From IMG/VR virus record IMGVR_UViG_3300035670_000059, positions 1 to 64,000 of that record: a stretch of DNA of 64,000 nucleotides. One strand, written 5' to 3'. Source of the DNA: a virus. Positions within the stretch are counted from its first letter, which is position 1; the number at the start of each line of letters is the position of its first letter. The notes beneath the pieces are model-generated. The model saw only the letters and a program-made list of their open reading frames with translations. It was not told where the DNA came from and did no database searches. This document shows positions 47,162 to 57,149 of this stretch, piece by piece. The position numbers were made by a program, and so were the translations under genes.

Positions 47162-48028
47162 ATGAAAATCAAACATAGCAAATACAAAAACACGGGTATA
47201 TTATTTGAGTTACTTGTTAGACAGGTAACTATAGATACCTTAAAAGGAGTAGATTCACCCGCTATTGACATTATGAAAAAATATTTTGTCAAAAGTGAAC
47301 TAGGGCGAGAGTATAAATTATACGAGTCTATTCTAAAATCTAAAGTATTAAACGAAAGCAGAGCAAATACTGTCGTTAGCACTATTTTAGAATCTTCTGT
47401 TAACTTAAACAAAAGTACTTTAAAGAGACAGAAATATAATCTAATCAAAGAAATTAAATCACACTACGATTTAGATACATTTTTTAACATCAAAATCAAA
47501 AACTATAAAGAACTAGCTTCTTTGTATATGTTGATTGAAGGTGCAAATGGTACTTCTTACGTTGCTCCTTCCCAAATGGTTGATTGCAAAATCACACTAT
47601 TAGAATTTTTAACTAAGCAAGAAATTAAATCACAGGATTCAAGAGAAAACGTAATAGAAGAATTCCAAGCATACGATAAAGATTTAAGAATTCTCACATA
47701 CAAAATTCTTTTAGAGAAATTCAACGAGAAATACGATTCTATTTCTATTGAACAAAAACAAATCCTAAAAGAATTCATCAACTCTGTAGACTCTGCCCCA
47801 CATTTAAGAGAATTCTACAACACTAAAATTACTGAACTAAAAGAACACTTAAGTAAAAGCACTAAAACAATCCAAGATCCAGCTACTAAAGTTAAGGTTG
47901 AAGAAATAGCTAAACACTTAGTTGAGCTTGACAAAACTGCTAAAGTTAATGATGATCATTTAGTGGATTTAATGCAATATTATGAACTAGTTCAAGAAAT
48001 TAGAAAAGCAAATGGGGTACAAATATAA
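47162..48028 (+). CDS. conserved head-module protein
   Basis: KHSKYKNTGILFELL; between portal and protease; TATTTATA at 47136. Confidence 0.75.
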   Translation: MKIKHSKYKNTGILFELLVRQVTIDTLKGVDSPAIDIMKKYFVKSELGREYKLYESILKSKVLNESRANTVVSTILESSVNLNKSTLKRQKYNLIKEIKSHYDLDTFFNIKIKNYKELASLYMLIEGANGTSYVAPSQMVDCKITLLEFLTKQEIKSQDSRENVIEEFQAYDKDLRILTYKILLEKFNEKYDSISIEQKQILKEFINSVDSAPHLREFYNTKITELKEHLSKSTKTIQDPATKVKVEEIAKHLVELDKTAKVNDDHLVDLMQYYELVQEIRKANGVQI

Positions 48029-48317
48029 ATTATCCGATAAGTTAAAAGAAATGTCCACCTCTGGTGGAGCAGGTGGTTATTTAACTAAATACGCGTTTGC
48101 TAAAAAAGTTAGAGCACCTAAAGAACTAGAAAAACTAGGATATACTCCCGTTGAAGAAAATATAGGTGCAACTTTAGGACCAGGTCCAAAAGCAGGACCC
48201 GAAGGTGTTAAAGATAACTACTACGTTAAGAAATTCCAATACAAGCTGGTTCCTAAAGATAAAAACGGAAACTACGTGCAGAAAGGCTCTAGTCTAGAAG
48301 TTAAAAATTTATTTTAA
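48012..48317 (+). CDS. putative internal head protein
   Basis: LKE|MSTSGGAGGY and VEE sites. Confidence 0.7.
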   Translation: MGYKYKLSDKLKEMSTSGGAGGYLTKYAFAKKVRAPKELEKLGYTPVEENIGATLGPGPKAGPEGVKDNYYVKKFQYKLVPKDKNGNYVQKGSSLEVKNLF

Positions 48318-48318
48318 T

Positions 48319-48564
48319 ATGTATAAGTATAGAATTAAAGAACAAGGGGATGAAACTCTAAACCAATTCCATGATCAACGCATCATGGCATTTGATTCTA
48401 TAGAAGCTAGACTTGAAGACATAAAAAAACTACTGCGTCAAGGTAAAATTGAAACTATAGCATACTATAGAGAAAACCCAACCAGTTATACAGTAGTAAA
48501 AGGAACAGATTTGATTAACGATTACATAAACGATATAGAAATTTTACTAAAAGGAGAAGAATAA
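48319..48564 (+). CDS. hypothetical head-module protein
   Basis: Coupled ORF; YKY leader like upstream gene. Confidence 0.7.
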   Translation: MYKYRIKEQGDETLNQFHDQRIMAFDSIEARLEDIKKLLRQGKIETIAYYRENPTSYTVVKGTDLINDYINDIEILLKGEE

Positions 48565-50237
48565 TGACTCTACAAGAACAATACAATTTGATTAAAGCAG
48601 GAAAAGGTCACAAAGGTATATTCCTTACTGAGGCTAAAAAGCAATTCCCTGACATGTTGACAAATCCGATGGGATTTGAAGAAGCATCTAAAATGTTGAA
48701 AACACGTGGTGTGATTTCCGAAAATTATGTTGATTTAAAACCAATCAATACAATTGAGGCTTCTCCAAAAGCTGCTTGGGAAAATAAATTTGCTCAATTC
48801 TTAGCTGAAGAAGCTAAAGCAGAAGAAAAAAAACCAACTAAAGAAGTAGAAGATATTCAAGCCCACAACTACGACTACAAAGACAAAACTAACCTTGACA
48901 ACCAAATTGGACAAGAAGTATTGAATGGTCTATATTTTGAAGGCAGAGAAAACCCAGACAAAACATTAGACGAGCTTCGTAAAATTGTAGAAAAAAACTT
49001 AGCTAAAGACGGACAGTACTACATGAAAAATGCTGCATTTGGTGTTAAAGGATTAGGATACAAAGAAACAGAAGTAGAAGAAGTAGCTGGAAAGCATGCT
49101 TCATCTGGCTATTCTGATAAATTAAAGAAAATGGTTAAAGAATCTTTGGTTAAAGAATCTTCTGATAATCTTGATCCCTTAAGAAAAATGGGATATTCTG
49201 ATTCGGATATTGAAGATTTTATGGATGAATTTAAGCAAGGAGGTAGTAAATTACCTAAAAAGGTAAGTGATTATCTAGATGGTTTGTATCAAACTAAATT
49301 AGGTGCTCTAAAAACAAAATCTTGGTGGTTAAAAGAAGAAGATAAAGATTACACTAAGCTTCCATTCGTGGGTGTTGAAACTTTAAAGAAAGTACTTCAA
49401 CAAGTTGATAAAATTAACATTCAGGTAGGCCCAATGTCTTCAACTGAAGTAAAAACTGAAGCTGATCTAGTAAGAGTACTTATGGGCGAACTTATGTTTA
49501 AGCAAGTAAGACCAGGTGTATATAAGCTAGTAGGACCAAATGATAGTAAAGTTACTATGGGTAAAGGAAGTTTAGATGAAGCTTCTGACTTTGAAGAGAA
49601 AATGGCTCAACTTAGAATGCTTCAAATGCAGAAAAAAGCAGGTGTTGCTCCTGATCAAAAAGTGATTAATAAAAAGCAAACATTAACACAGAAGTTAAAC
49701 ATGCTTAAAAAAGCATATTTTGATTTAATTTCTGCTATGGAGAAAGAATCAGACCTAGAATTTGCTGTATCTGGTGATTGGTACCAAGAACAATTAGATG
49801 ATCTAGAAAACTCAATTGGTGATTTAGAAAACAAAATTCAATCTATTAACGAAAATGCAATTGGTGAAGAAGTAGAAATAACAGCTGAAGTTGAAAATGT
49901 TGAAGAAGCTGAACCAAAAGCTGAAAAGAAAGTAGTTAAAAAAGAATCTTTAGATAGTGAACTAGCCGAAATCGATACTCAAGCTGGAATCGTTGCTATG
50001 GAAGCTAAATTGGACAAAATCAGCGAAATGATTTCTACTAAAATGGAACGTTTAAGCATGATTGAAGAAGATGCTAATCTAGCGGATCTAGTAGATAAAG
50101 TTAAAGTAAAAGAAATGCAAAAAGAAATCAAAATCTTAGAAAAAGCTAAAGCTAAGATGGAGAAAATGTACGAAAAAATGAATGGTAAAGCATATACCAA
50201 AGAAATGGTAGACGAATCCTCATTTGACAATGAATAA
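48564..50237 (+). CDS. modular putative internal head protein
   Basis: Many LxE/VKE sites separating short domains. Confidence 0.7.
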   Translation: MTLQEQYNLIKAGKGHKGIFLTEAKKQFPDMLTNPMGFEEASKMLKTRGVISENYVDLKPINTIEASPKAAWENKFAQFLAEEAKAEEKKPTKEVEDIQAHNYDYKDKTNLDNQIGQEVLNGLYFEGRENPDKTLDELRKIVEKNLAKDGQYYMKNAAFGVKGLGYKETEVEEVAGKHASSGYSDKLKKMVKESLVKESSDNLDPLRKMGYSDSDIEDFMDEFKQGGSKLPKKVSDYLDGLYQTKLGALKTKSWWLKEEDKDYTKLPFVGVETLKKVLQQVDKINIQVGPMSSTEVKTEADLVRVLMGELMFKQVRPGVYKLVGPNDSKVTMGKGSLDEASDFEEKMAQLRMLQMQKKAGVAPDQKVINKKQTLTQKLNMLKKAYFDLISAMEKESDLEFAVSGDWYQEQLDDLENSIGDLENKIQSINENAIGEEVEITAEVENVEEAEPKAEKKVVKKESLDSELAEIDTQAGIVAMEAKLDKISEMISTKMERLSMIEEDANLADLVDKVKVKEMQKEIKILEKAKAKMEKMYEKMNGKAYTKEMVDESSFDNE

Positions 50238-50835
50238 GCAATTACTTATAGAAACCCACCCTATTAAAATTTCTGCATCCCCACTAACTGAAAATGTTGG
50301 TGGGGTAAAGAAACCTCTAATAGTAGAAGGTATACTAGCTACAGCCGAAGTTAAAAACGGTAACGGTAGATATTATGCCCGTGATTTGTGGGATCGTGAA
50401 ATGAAAAAGTACTCTGAGCTAATCAAGCAAAGACGTGCTATGGGTGAATTAGATCACCCTGAATCCCAAGTTATTAACTTAAAAAATGTATCTCATATCA
50501 TCTCCGATTACTGGTGGGATGGAGATAATGTAATGGGTAAAATTGAAGTACTTAATACTCCATCTGGTCAAATTTTAGAAGCACTAATCCGTAACAACGT
50601 TACCGTAGGTGTATCTTCCCGAGGAATGGGCTCATTAGAACAAAATGGTAACGTAATGGAAGTACAAGATGATTTCGAATTATTATGTTGGGATTTTGTT
50701 TCCACTCCATCCAATCCAGGCTCATATATGTCTGTATTGCGAGAAGGTAAAGAATATCCTACCACAAACTATAGTAAAGTAAATAGTATTATACACGAAA
50801 TACTCTGCTCTAAAGGCAGTTGCCCAATATTTTAA
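50230..50835 (+). CDS. prohead maturation protease (T4 gp21-like)
   Basis: NGNGRYY, GELDHP, VSH, GVSSRGMGSL, WDFVSTPS; ATG at 50230. Confidence 0.95.
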   Translation: MNKQLLIETHPIKISASPLTENVGGVKKPLIVEGILATAEVKNGNGRYYARDLWDREMKKYSELIKQRRAMGELDHPESQVINLKNVSHIISDYWWDGDNVMGKIEVLNTPSGQILEALIRNNVTVGVSSRGMGSLEQNGNVMEVQDDFELLCWDFVSTPSNPGSYMSVLREGKEYPTTNYSKVNSIIHEILCSKGSCPIF

Positions 50836-50894
50836 TACTCCCCAACGGACGCTACCGAAGGATGTGCCCCTCCTAGAATAGTCTTCTAGGACCG

Positions 50895-50916
50895 AAGCCC
50901 TCTCTGGAGGGCTTTT
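50895..50916 (+). terminator. intrinsic terminator
   Basis: AAGCCCTC-TCTG-GAGGGCTT-TT. Confidence 0.75.
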
Positions 50917-51047
50917 CGCGTTTTGAAAAATCCCAATATACGTATAATCGTAAATGTGCTATCCCCGCTATATAGCACCATATTTTTAATTTATATTATT
51001 ACGTTACTATCTAATAAACGTATTTCACTAAAAAAATTTTAGGACAA

Positions 51048-52454
51048 ATGACAAACAGAGACTTGCTTAAAGAAGCAATCGCTGATGCAAAAGCTGTTAA
51101 AGAAACTGCTATTGCAAATGCAAAAGCTGCTTTAGAAGAGGCATTTACTCCACATTTGAAGTCTATGTTGGCCGCTAAATTAGAAGAAATGGATAAAGAC
51201 GATGACGTTGAAGAAGCCATGAAAGCTAAGAAAGAGAAAGACATGATGGAAGAATTTGAAGTAAATGAAGTAAAGGATGAAATCGAAGAAGAATTTGATT
51301 TAAACGAAATCCTTGCGGAACTTGAAGAAGGTGAAGACAAAGACGAAATGTACGAAGCTGAAGAAGAAGAAATGGAAGCCGGAGAAGAAGGCGAAATGGA
51401 AGCTGGCGAAATGGAAGATGTAGAAATCGACCTAGAAGACATGACCGAAGATGATCTCAAATCCTTTATCGAGGATGTAATTGCCGACATGGTAGCTGCA
51501 GGTGAATTGGAAGCTGGAGAAGAAATGGAAGCCGAGATGGGCGACATGGAAGCTGAAGAGGAAATGGGCGACATGGAGGAATTAGACGAAATGGATGAAG
51601 TAAGTTGGAACGAGAAAAACAATCCTGCAAGAGGTGCTACTTTAGATAAGTTAGCCCCAACAAAAGTAGGACAATCTACTTCCGCTTATGCTGTTAACGA
51701 AGTTGAAGAATCTTTAGCAGATCCACAATTATTAGATGTTGCAGCAGGTGTTGCAGGATTAATTGGTGGTGGTGCTGGATTAGCTTATGTAATTGATGCT
51801 TTAAAATCAGGTAAAGCTGGTAAAGCTGGAGCAGCATTAGCTAATGCGCTTGAAAAAGCAGCAGGTTCCGCCGGAGTTAACAAACCTACAGGTACAAAAA
51901 TGATGGAAGAGAAAGAAGAAGTGGAAGAAGTAACAGGAGCAAGTGGTGGATATGATCCATCTAGTGCTGCAGGTGCTGGTTTAGAAAACCTTATTGATGG
52001 TGTTAAAGCCCTTATTAAAAAAGGTGGACCAGCTGCTAAAAAGGCTTACGCTGTGTTACAACAGTTAGGTGCTGGAGCTGCTGCTGGTATGAAAGAAGGT
52101 GAAGACGAAATGAGCGAAATGGAAGAACTTAAGAAAGAACTTCAAGAAGTTAATTTGTTGAACGCTAAACTTTTATACACCAACAAAATCTTCAATTCCA
52201 AAACCCTTAACGAAAGCCAAAAACTTAGAGTATTGAAGGCATTTGATAAGGCTACATCCGTAAAAGAAGCAAAAGTTATCTATGAAACATTAAACGAAGG
52301 AATGACATCTAAAAATGTTAAAACTTCTATGGCAAATGAAATCAAAGGTAGTGCTTCAAAAGCTACAGGGTTTATTAGCGAAAGCAAACACCCAATTGTA
52401 GAGGTTGATCCAATGGTAGCCAGATGGCAAAAACTAGCTGGTATCAATAAATAA
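51048..52454 (+). CDS. prohead scaffold/core protein
   Basis: Acidic; between protease and MCP; LLKEAIADAKAV N-terminus, EVNLLNAKLLY, C-terminal RWQKLAGI. Confidence 0.85.
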   Translation: MTNRDLLKEAIADAKAVKETAIANAKAALEEAFTPHLKSMLAAKLEEMDKDDDVEEAMKAKKEKDMMEEFEVNEVKDEIEEEFDLNEILAELEEGEDKDEMYEAEEEEMEAGEEGEMEAGEMEDVEIDLEDMTEDDLKSFIEDVIADMVAAGELEAGEEMEAEMGDMEAEEEMGDMEELDEMDEVSWNEKNNPARGATLDKLAPTKVGQSTSAYAVNEVEESLADPQLLDVAAGVAGLIGGGAGLAYVIDALKSGKAGKAGAALANALEKAAGSAGVNKPTGTKMMEEKEEVEEVTGASGGYDPSSAAGAGLENLIDGVKALIKKGGPAAKKAYAVLQQLGAGAAAGMKEGEDEMSEMEELKKELQEVNLLNAKLLYTNKIFNSKTLNESQKLRVLKAFDKATSVKEAKVIYETLNEGMTSKNVKTSMANEIKGSASKATGFISESKHPIVEVDPMVARWQKLAGINK

Positions 52455-52490
52455 TTTAAATAATAACTTAAAACAAACAATCGAAAAACA

Positions 52491-54110
52491 ATGAGCTTAC
52501 AATCTCTTTTAGAAAGCGCAAACCCATACCACTCTGTACAGAGTGATGCTGCTAGATTATCTAGCAAGTGGGAAAAAACAGGATTGCTAGAAGGTTTGGC
52601 TGGTACACATAAGAATAACATGAGTATCATCCTTGAAAACCAAGCTAAGCAATTAGTAACTGAAACATCTCAAACTGGTGGTGGTACTGCTTCAACAGGT
52701 ACATTCACTGCAGGTGTAGGTGAGCAGTGGGCAGGAGTTGCTCTTCCATTGGTAAGAAAAGTATTTGGTCAAATTGCAGCGAAAGAATTCGTTTCTGTTC
52801 AACCAATGAACTTACCTTCTGGTTTAGTATTCTACCTTGATTTCCAGTACGGAACTACAAAAGCTCCATTTGCTGCTGGTGATTCTTTATATGGTGCAAC
52901 TGGTGGAAACGATCCATTTGGTAACACTAACTCTGGTGGTTTCTACGGTGCTGGTAGATTCGGATATTCTATCAACAACACTGCTTCTGCAGTAACTGCT
53001 ACTACTGCTTCTGCAGTATGGTCTGATATGGACTTTGATTCTGATTATTCTGCTTCTGCAGTTGCTGGTGAATATAAGACAGTTAGTGTAGCTGTATCTG
53101 GATTACCTAATTACGATGCTGAAGGTATTAGAGCATTTGCTTTAGCTTCTGGATCTCTTTCTAATATCAATTTACCACAATTTACTAAAATTGTTGGATC
53201 TAACTTGGTATTCATCGTTTCTGGTTCTCAAGCTCCAGTTCAGTCTTCTACTGTAACTGTAACTTACCAATTACAACCACTTGATAAATTCAGAGGTGAT
53301 TTTGAAGATGGAAACAATGCCTTGAACGGTAACAACACTCCAATTTCAATCCCTGAAATCAACGTACAGATGAAATCTTCTGCTATCGTTGCTAAAACTC
53401 GTAAATTGAAGGCTGTATGGACTCCTGAATTTGCTCAGGATCTTAACGCTTACCATGCTCTTGATGCTGAAGCTGAATTGACTTCTATCCTTTCTGAGTA
53501 CATTTCTTTGGAAATTGACCTTGAAATCTTGGATATGTTGATGGATTCTGCTGCTGCTGGAACTGAAGTATGGTCTGCAGTTAACAACCAAGCTATCGTT
53601 GACAACGGAGCTAACGGAACTATCTCTAACTTAGGCTTCTATAACAGCCAAGGTCAGTGGTTCCAAACTCTTGGAACTAAAATCCAGAAGTTAAGCAACA
53701 TTATTCACCAGAAAACTCTTCGTGGTGGTGCAAACTTCATGGTATTGTCTCCAGCTGTTTCTACAATCATCGAATCTATCCCTGGATTTGCAGGTGATGT
53801 TGATGGTGATGTTGAAAAGTCAACTTACGCATTCGGAGTACAGAAAATTGGTGCTTTAGGCGGTGGTAAGATTAAGGTTTACAAAAACCCTTACATGCTT
53901 GAAAACCAAATCTTGTTAGGATTTAGAGGAACTCAATTCCTTGAGTCTGGTGCCGTATTTGCTCCTTATATTCCATTGATCATGACTCCACTTGTGTACG
54001 ATCCAGATACCTTTACTCCAAGAAAAGGTCTATTGACTCGTTACGCTAAGAAGATGGTACGTCCTGAATTCTATGCGACTATTAAGGTTAATGGTTTGAA
54101 TACTCTTTAA
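52491..54110 (+). CDS. major capsid protein (T4 gp23-like)
   Basis: LENQ, LPLVRKVF, VQPMNLPSG, AKTRKLKAVWTPEFAQDL, APYIPL, TRYA. Confidence 0.97.
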   Translation: MSLQSLLESANPYHSVQSDAARLSSKWEKTGLLEGLAGTHKNNMSIILENQAKQLVTETSQTGGGTASTGTFTAGVGEQWAGVALPLVRKVFGQIAAKEFVSVQPMNLPSGLVFYLDFQYGTTKAPFAAGDSLYGATGGNDPFGNTNSGGFYGAGRFGYSINNTASAVTATTASAVWSDMDFDSDYSASAVAGEYKTVSVAVSGLPNYDAEGIRAFALASGSLSNINLPQFTKIVGSNLVFIVSGSQAPVQSSTVTVTYQLQPLDKFRGDFEDGNNALNGNNTPISIPEINVQMKSSAIVAKTRKLKAVWTPEFAQDLNAYHALDAEAELTSILSEYISLEIDLEILDMLMDSAAAGTEVWSAVNNQAIVDNGANGTISNLGFYNSQGQWFQTLGTKIQKLSNIIHQKTLRGGANFMVLSPAVSTIIESIPGFAGDVDGDVEKSTYAFGVQKIGALGGGKIKVYKNPYMLENQILLGFRGTQFLESGAVFAPYIPLIMTPLVYDPDTFTPRKGLLTRYAKKMVRPEFYATIKVNGLNTL

Positions 54111-54134
54111 TCCTAGATTAAATATTCTTTAAAG

Positions 54135-54160
54135 GAGGCGCATTTTGCGCCTCTTTTTTT
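54135..54160 (+). terminator. intrinsic terminator after MCP
   Basis: GAGGCGCA-TTT-TGCGCCTC-T7. Confidence 0.85.
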
Positions 54161-54192
54161 ATATGTATAACCGACACGAATTATTCTGGGCT

Positions 54193-54780
54193 ATGAAAAT
54201 ATGTAAAAGATGTAATATTGAAAAACCATTAAACGAATTTTTTTCTCGAAAAGGTGAAAAAGACGGCAAACATAGATATTGTAAACTATGTTTAAAACAT
54301 GAAAATGACAATTGGTACCAAAACACTAAACATCAAAGAATAAACTACTATAAAACCTACCGTGAACAAAATAAAGAGTATTTTAACCAATATTCAAATA
54401 TACATTATCACACCAAAAAGGAATTATACAGAGAGTGGGAAAAAAACAAATATGCCACCGATTTTGAATTTCGCATAAAACATTTAACAGCAGGACGTAT
54501 CCATGCCGCTTTATCCACTTATCAATCCCTAAAAAAAGACAGAACAATAGAATACCTAGGGTGTACTATATCCGAATACTGTGATTATCTAGAATCTAAA
54601 TTTGATTCTAATATGACATGGGAAAATCAGGGAGTATATTGGCATATTGACCACATCAGACCTATTGCTTCATTTGATTTAACAGATGAAGAGCAATTAT
54701 ACCAATGTTTCCACTACACTAATACCCAGCCAATGGAAAAAACGGAAAATAGATTAAAAAGCGACAAATATTTAAAGTAA
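54193..54780 (+). mobile_element. free-standing HNH endonuclease
   Basis: CKRC..CKLC Zn motif, WHIDHIRP..NTQPM..N..KS; ATG at 54193; TATGTATA variant at 54162. Confidence 0.8.
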
Positions 54781-54783
54781 ATT

Positions 54784-54812
54784 AAGCCCAATCCTTTGGA
54801 TTGGGCTTTTTT
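54784..54812 (+). terminator. intrinsic terminator
   Basis: AAGCCCAATCC-TTT-GGATTGGGCTT-TTTT. Confidence 0.85.
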
Positions 54813-54849
54813 ATTGTTATATTTATAACTGAATTTTAAAGTTATCTAT

Positions 54850-55536
54850 ATGACATCAAATCATCATTCGGACGACGTGTTCGTCCAAAAGCGTAAACCA
54901 AAGAATCCAATTAAGTTTAATGTAGTTTTAAATGCCGAACAAAAACAAGCCAAATCACTTATTTTAGAAAATCCCATTACTGTAATAAAAGGTATGGCTG
55001 GCTCTGGTAAAACGCTAGTTGCTGTCCAATGTGCTCTTGACATGTTTTTCAATAAACAGGTGGAAAAAATAGTCATATCACGGCCCACTGTATCCAAAGA
55101 AGATATCGGGTTTTTACCGGGCGATATACGTGAAAAAATGGATCCTTGGTTGGCCCCAATATACCACAATCTATATATGTTATACTCTAAAGAAAAAGTA
55201 GATAAACATTTAGAAAATGGAGATATTGAAATTGTACCATTTGCTTTTATGCGAGGTAGAACATTTGTAAACTCGTTCGTAATTGTAGATGAGGCCCAAA
55301 ACGTAACACATCCTCAAATGGAAACTGTTATAGGACGTTTAGGAAAAAATTCTAAAATGGTAATATGTGGCGATATAGCCCAAATAGATTTAAAGAATAA
55401 AAAAGAATCTGGATTTACCTTCCTATATAGATTGGAAGAAAATGTTAAAGGATTTAAAACAATTTCTCTAGAAACAAACCACAGACACGAAATAGTTGCC
55501 CCTATATTAGAGGTATACAAGCTTTTTAGGGACTAA
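54850..55536 (+). CDS. phoH: PhoH-like ATPase
   Basis: GMAGSGKT, GFLPGD, FMRGRTF, DEAQN, GDIAQID. Confidence 0.95.
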   Translation: MTSNHHSDDVFVQKRKPKNPIKFNVVLNAEQKQAKSLILENPITVIKGMAGSGKTLVAVQCALDMFFNKQVEKIVISRPTVSKEDIGFLPGDIREKMDPWLAPIYHNLYMLYSKEKVDKHLENGDIEIVPFAFMRGRTFVNSFVIVDEAQNVTHPQMETVIGRLGKNSKMVICGDIAQIDLKNKKESGFTFLYRLEENVKGFKTISLETNHRHEIVAPILEVYKLFRD

Positions 55537-55563
55537 CATTTCTTCAATATTTATAATAAAAAG

Positions 55564-55992
55564 ATGGCAACCTTAAAACTTTTTATAAACGAACAAATTA
55601 GCTTAGACGGAGATGATAGAAGCACTCTTCAATCTATTGACATATCAGATATAAACTATCTAGATCATAGAACTATGCTTCTTCCTGCTGGTGTTAAAAC
55701 CACTATATTTAACTTTGATACCGAAGTAACATCCGGTACTTTTAAGGAAGATAAGCTAAAATATGCTCGTGTAACAAACCATTCTACTAGCATTCCAGTT
55801 AATATAGAGGTATCTTCCTCTACACAAGCATTTAACTTTAGGATGGAACCACAACAATCTTTCTATCTTCCAAGTTCACAGGTAACAGGAAGCTTAGTAG
55901 GTTTTTCATACGATTATATTTCTTCTATAAACTTAAGACCATCTGGAAGTGGTAATACTGCTAAAGTAGAATTTTTTGTAGCAACATCTTAA
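55564..55992 (+). CDS. putative virion structural protein
   Basis: TATTTATA at 55548; beta-rich. Confidence 0.65.
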   Translation: MATLKLFINEQISLDGDDRSTLQSIDISDINYLDHRTMLLPAGVKTTIFNFDTEVTSGTFKEDKLKYARVTNHSTSIPVNIEVSSSTQAFNFRMEPQQSFYLPSSQVTGSLVGFSYDYISSINLRPSGSGNTAKVEFFVATS

Positions 55993-56002
55993 TTAAAATA
56001 AT

Positions 56003-57148
56003 ATGAATATTCCTATATGGTCAGGTACTAGTACTTTCTCTCCAGGTGAAACCCCATTCGGGTTTTATGACTATGATGCGGATTTCCAAAGAGATGCAGA
56101 TAAAGTAGCAAATTTTTGTGCTAGACGATTAGGCTATCCTTTAGTAGATGTTGAATTACAAGATATTAGCTTTTATGCCGCATTCGAAGAAGCAATTACT
56201 ACATACGGAAATGAACTATATTCTTATCAGATTAGAGACAATCAATTAGATCTAATTGGTATAAATACTTCTACTCCATTAAACAATTCTATAGTTACCC
56301 CTAACTTTAGTTCCATAATTCGTTTATCACAACAGTACGGATCTGAAGCAGGTACAGGTGGTAACATTACCTATTATAAAGGATCTATTCCTTTAACTGC
56401 TTCTATACAGGATTACGATCTAAAACAGTGGGCAGAAGACCAAGGTATAACTGGTGGTATTGAAATTAAACGAGTATTTTATGAGGCTCCACCTGCGGTA
56501 GTAAGATATTTTGACCCATACGCTGGTACAGGATATGGATATCAAGCATTATTTGATAGTTTTGGATTTGGATCGTTTTCTCCTGCCATCAACTTTTTGA
56601 TGATGCCCCTAAACTATGATCTGCAAACATTACAAGCCATTGAGTTAAATGATATGGTTCGTAGATCTAATTATAGTTTTGAGATGAAAAACAATGTGTT
56701 AAGAATATTTCCTATCCCCAATAACTCGGATGCTAAAATGTTCTTTGAATACATTAAAGATAGTGAGCGAATAAGCGATTCGGTTGCTGCCCCTAATACT
56801 GAAGCAGCTAATAATGTATCTAATATACCTTATGCTAACCCCACCTATGCCTTAATTAATAGTGTAGGCCGCCAGTGGATATTTGAGTATACTTTAGCTC
56901 TTGCTAAAGAAATATTAGGTTTAGTTAGAGGAAAATACACTAATATACCTATCCCTGGCTCTGAGGTAACATTAAATCAACAAGATTTATTAACACAAGC
57001 CGCAACCGATAAACTAAGATTAATTGAAAAATTAAGAGAATATTTTGATCAAACTTCTCGTCAAGCTTCTTTGGAACGCAGAGCAGCCGAAGCAGGATTT
57101 AGAAAAAATGAATTAGCCGAAGTGCCATTTACCATTTATATAGGATAA
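56003..57148 (+). CDS. neck/head-tail adaptor (T4 gp13-like)
   Basis: RRLGYPLVDVEL, YTLALAKEILG..RGKY. Confidence 0.8.
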   Translation: MNIPIWSGTSTFSPGETPFGFYDYDADFQRDADKVANFCARRLGYPLVDVELQDISFYAAFEEAITTYGNELYSYQIRDNQLDLIGINTSTPLNNSIVTPNFSSIIRLSQQYGSEAGTGGNITYYKGSIPLTASIQDYDLKQWAEDQGITGGIEIKRVFYEAPPAVVRYFDPYAGTGYGYQALFDSFGFGSFSPAINFLMMPLNYDLQTLQAIELNDMVRRSNYSFEMKNNVLRIFPIPNNSDAKMFFEYIKDSERISDSVAAPNTEAANNVSNIPYANPTYALINSVGRQWIFEYTLALAKEILGLVRGKYTNIPIPGSEVTLNQQDLLTQAATDKLRLIEKLREYFDQTSRQASLERRAAEAGFRKNELAEVPFTIYIG

Positions 57149-57149
57149 T

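Noticed and set aside
40543-54780. Introns or inteins associated with the homing endonucleases
   Set aside because: Both endonucleases are intergenic with their own late motifs; terminase, portal and MCP appear uninterrupted.
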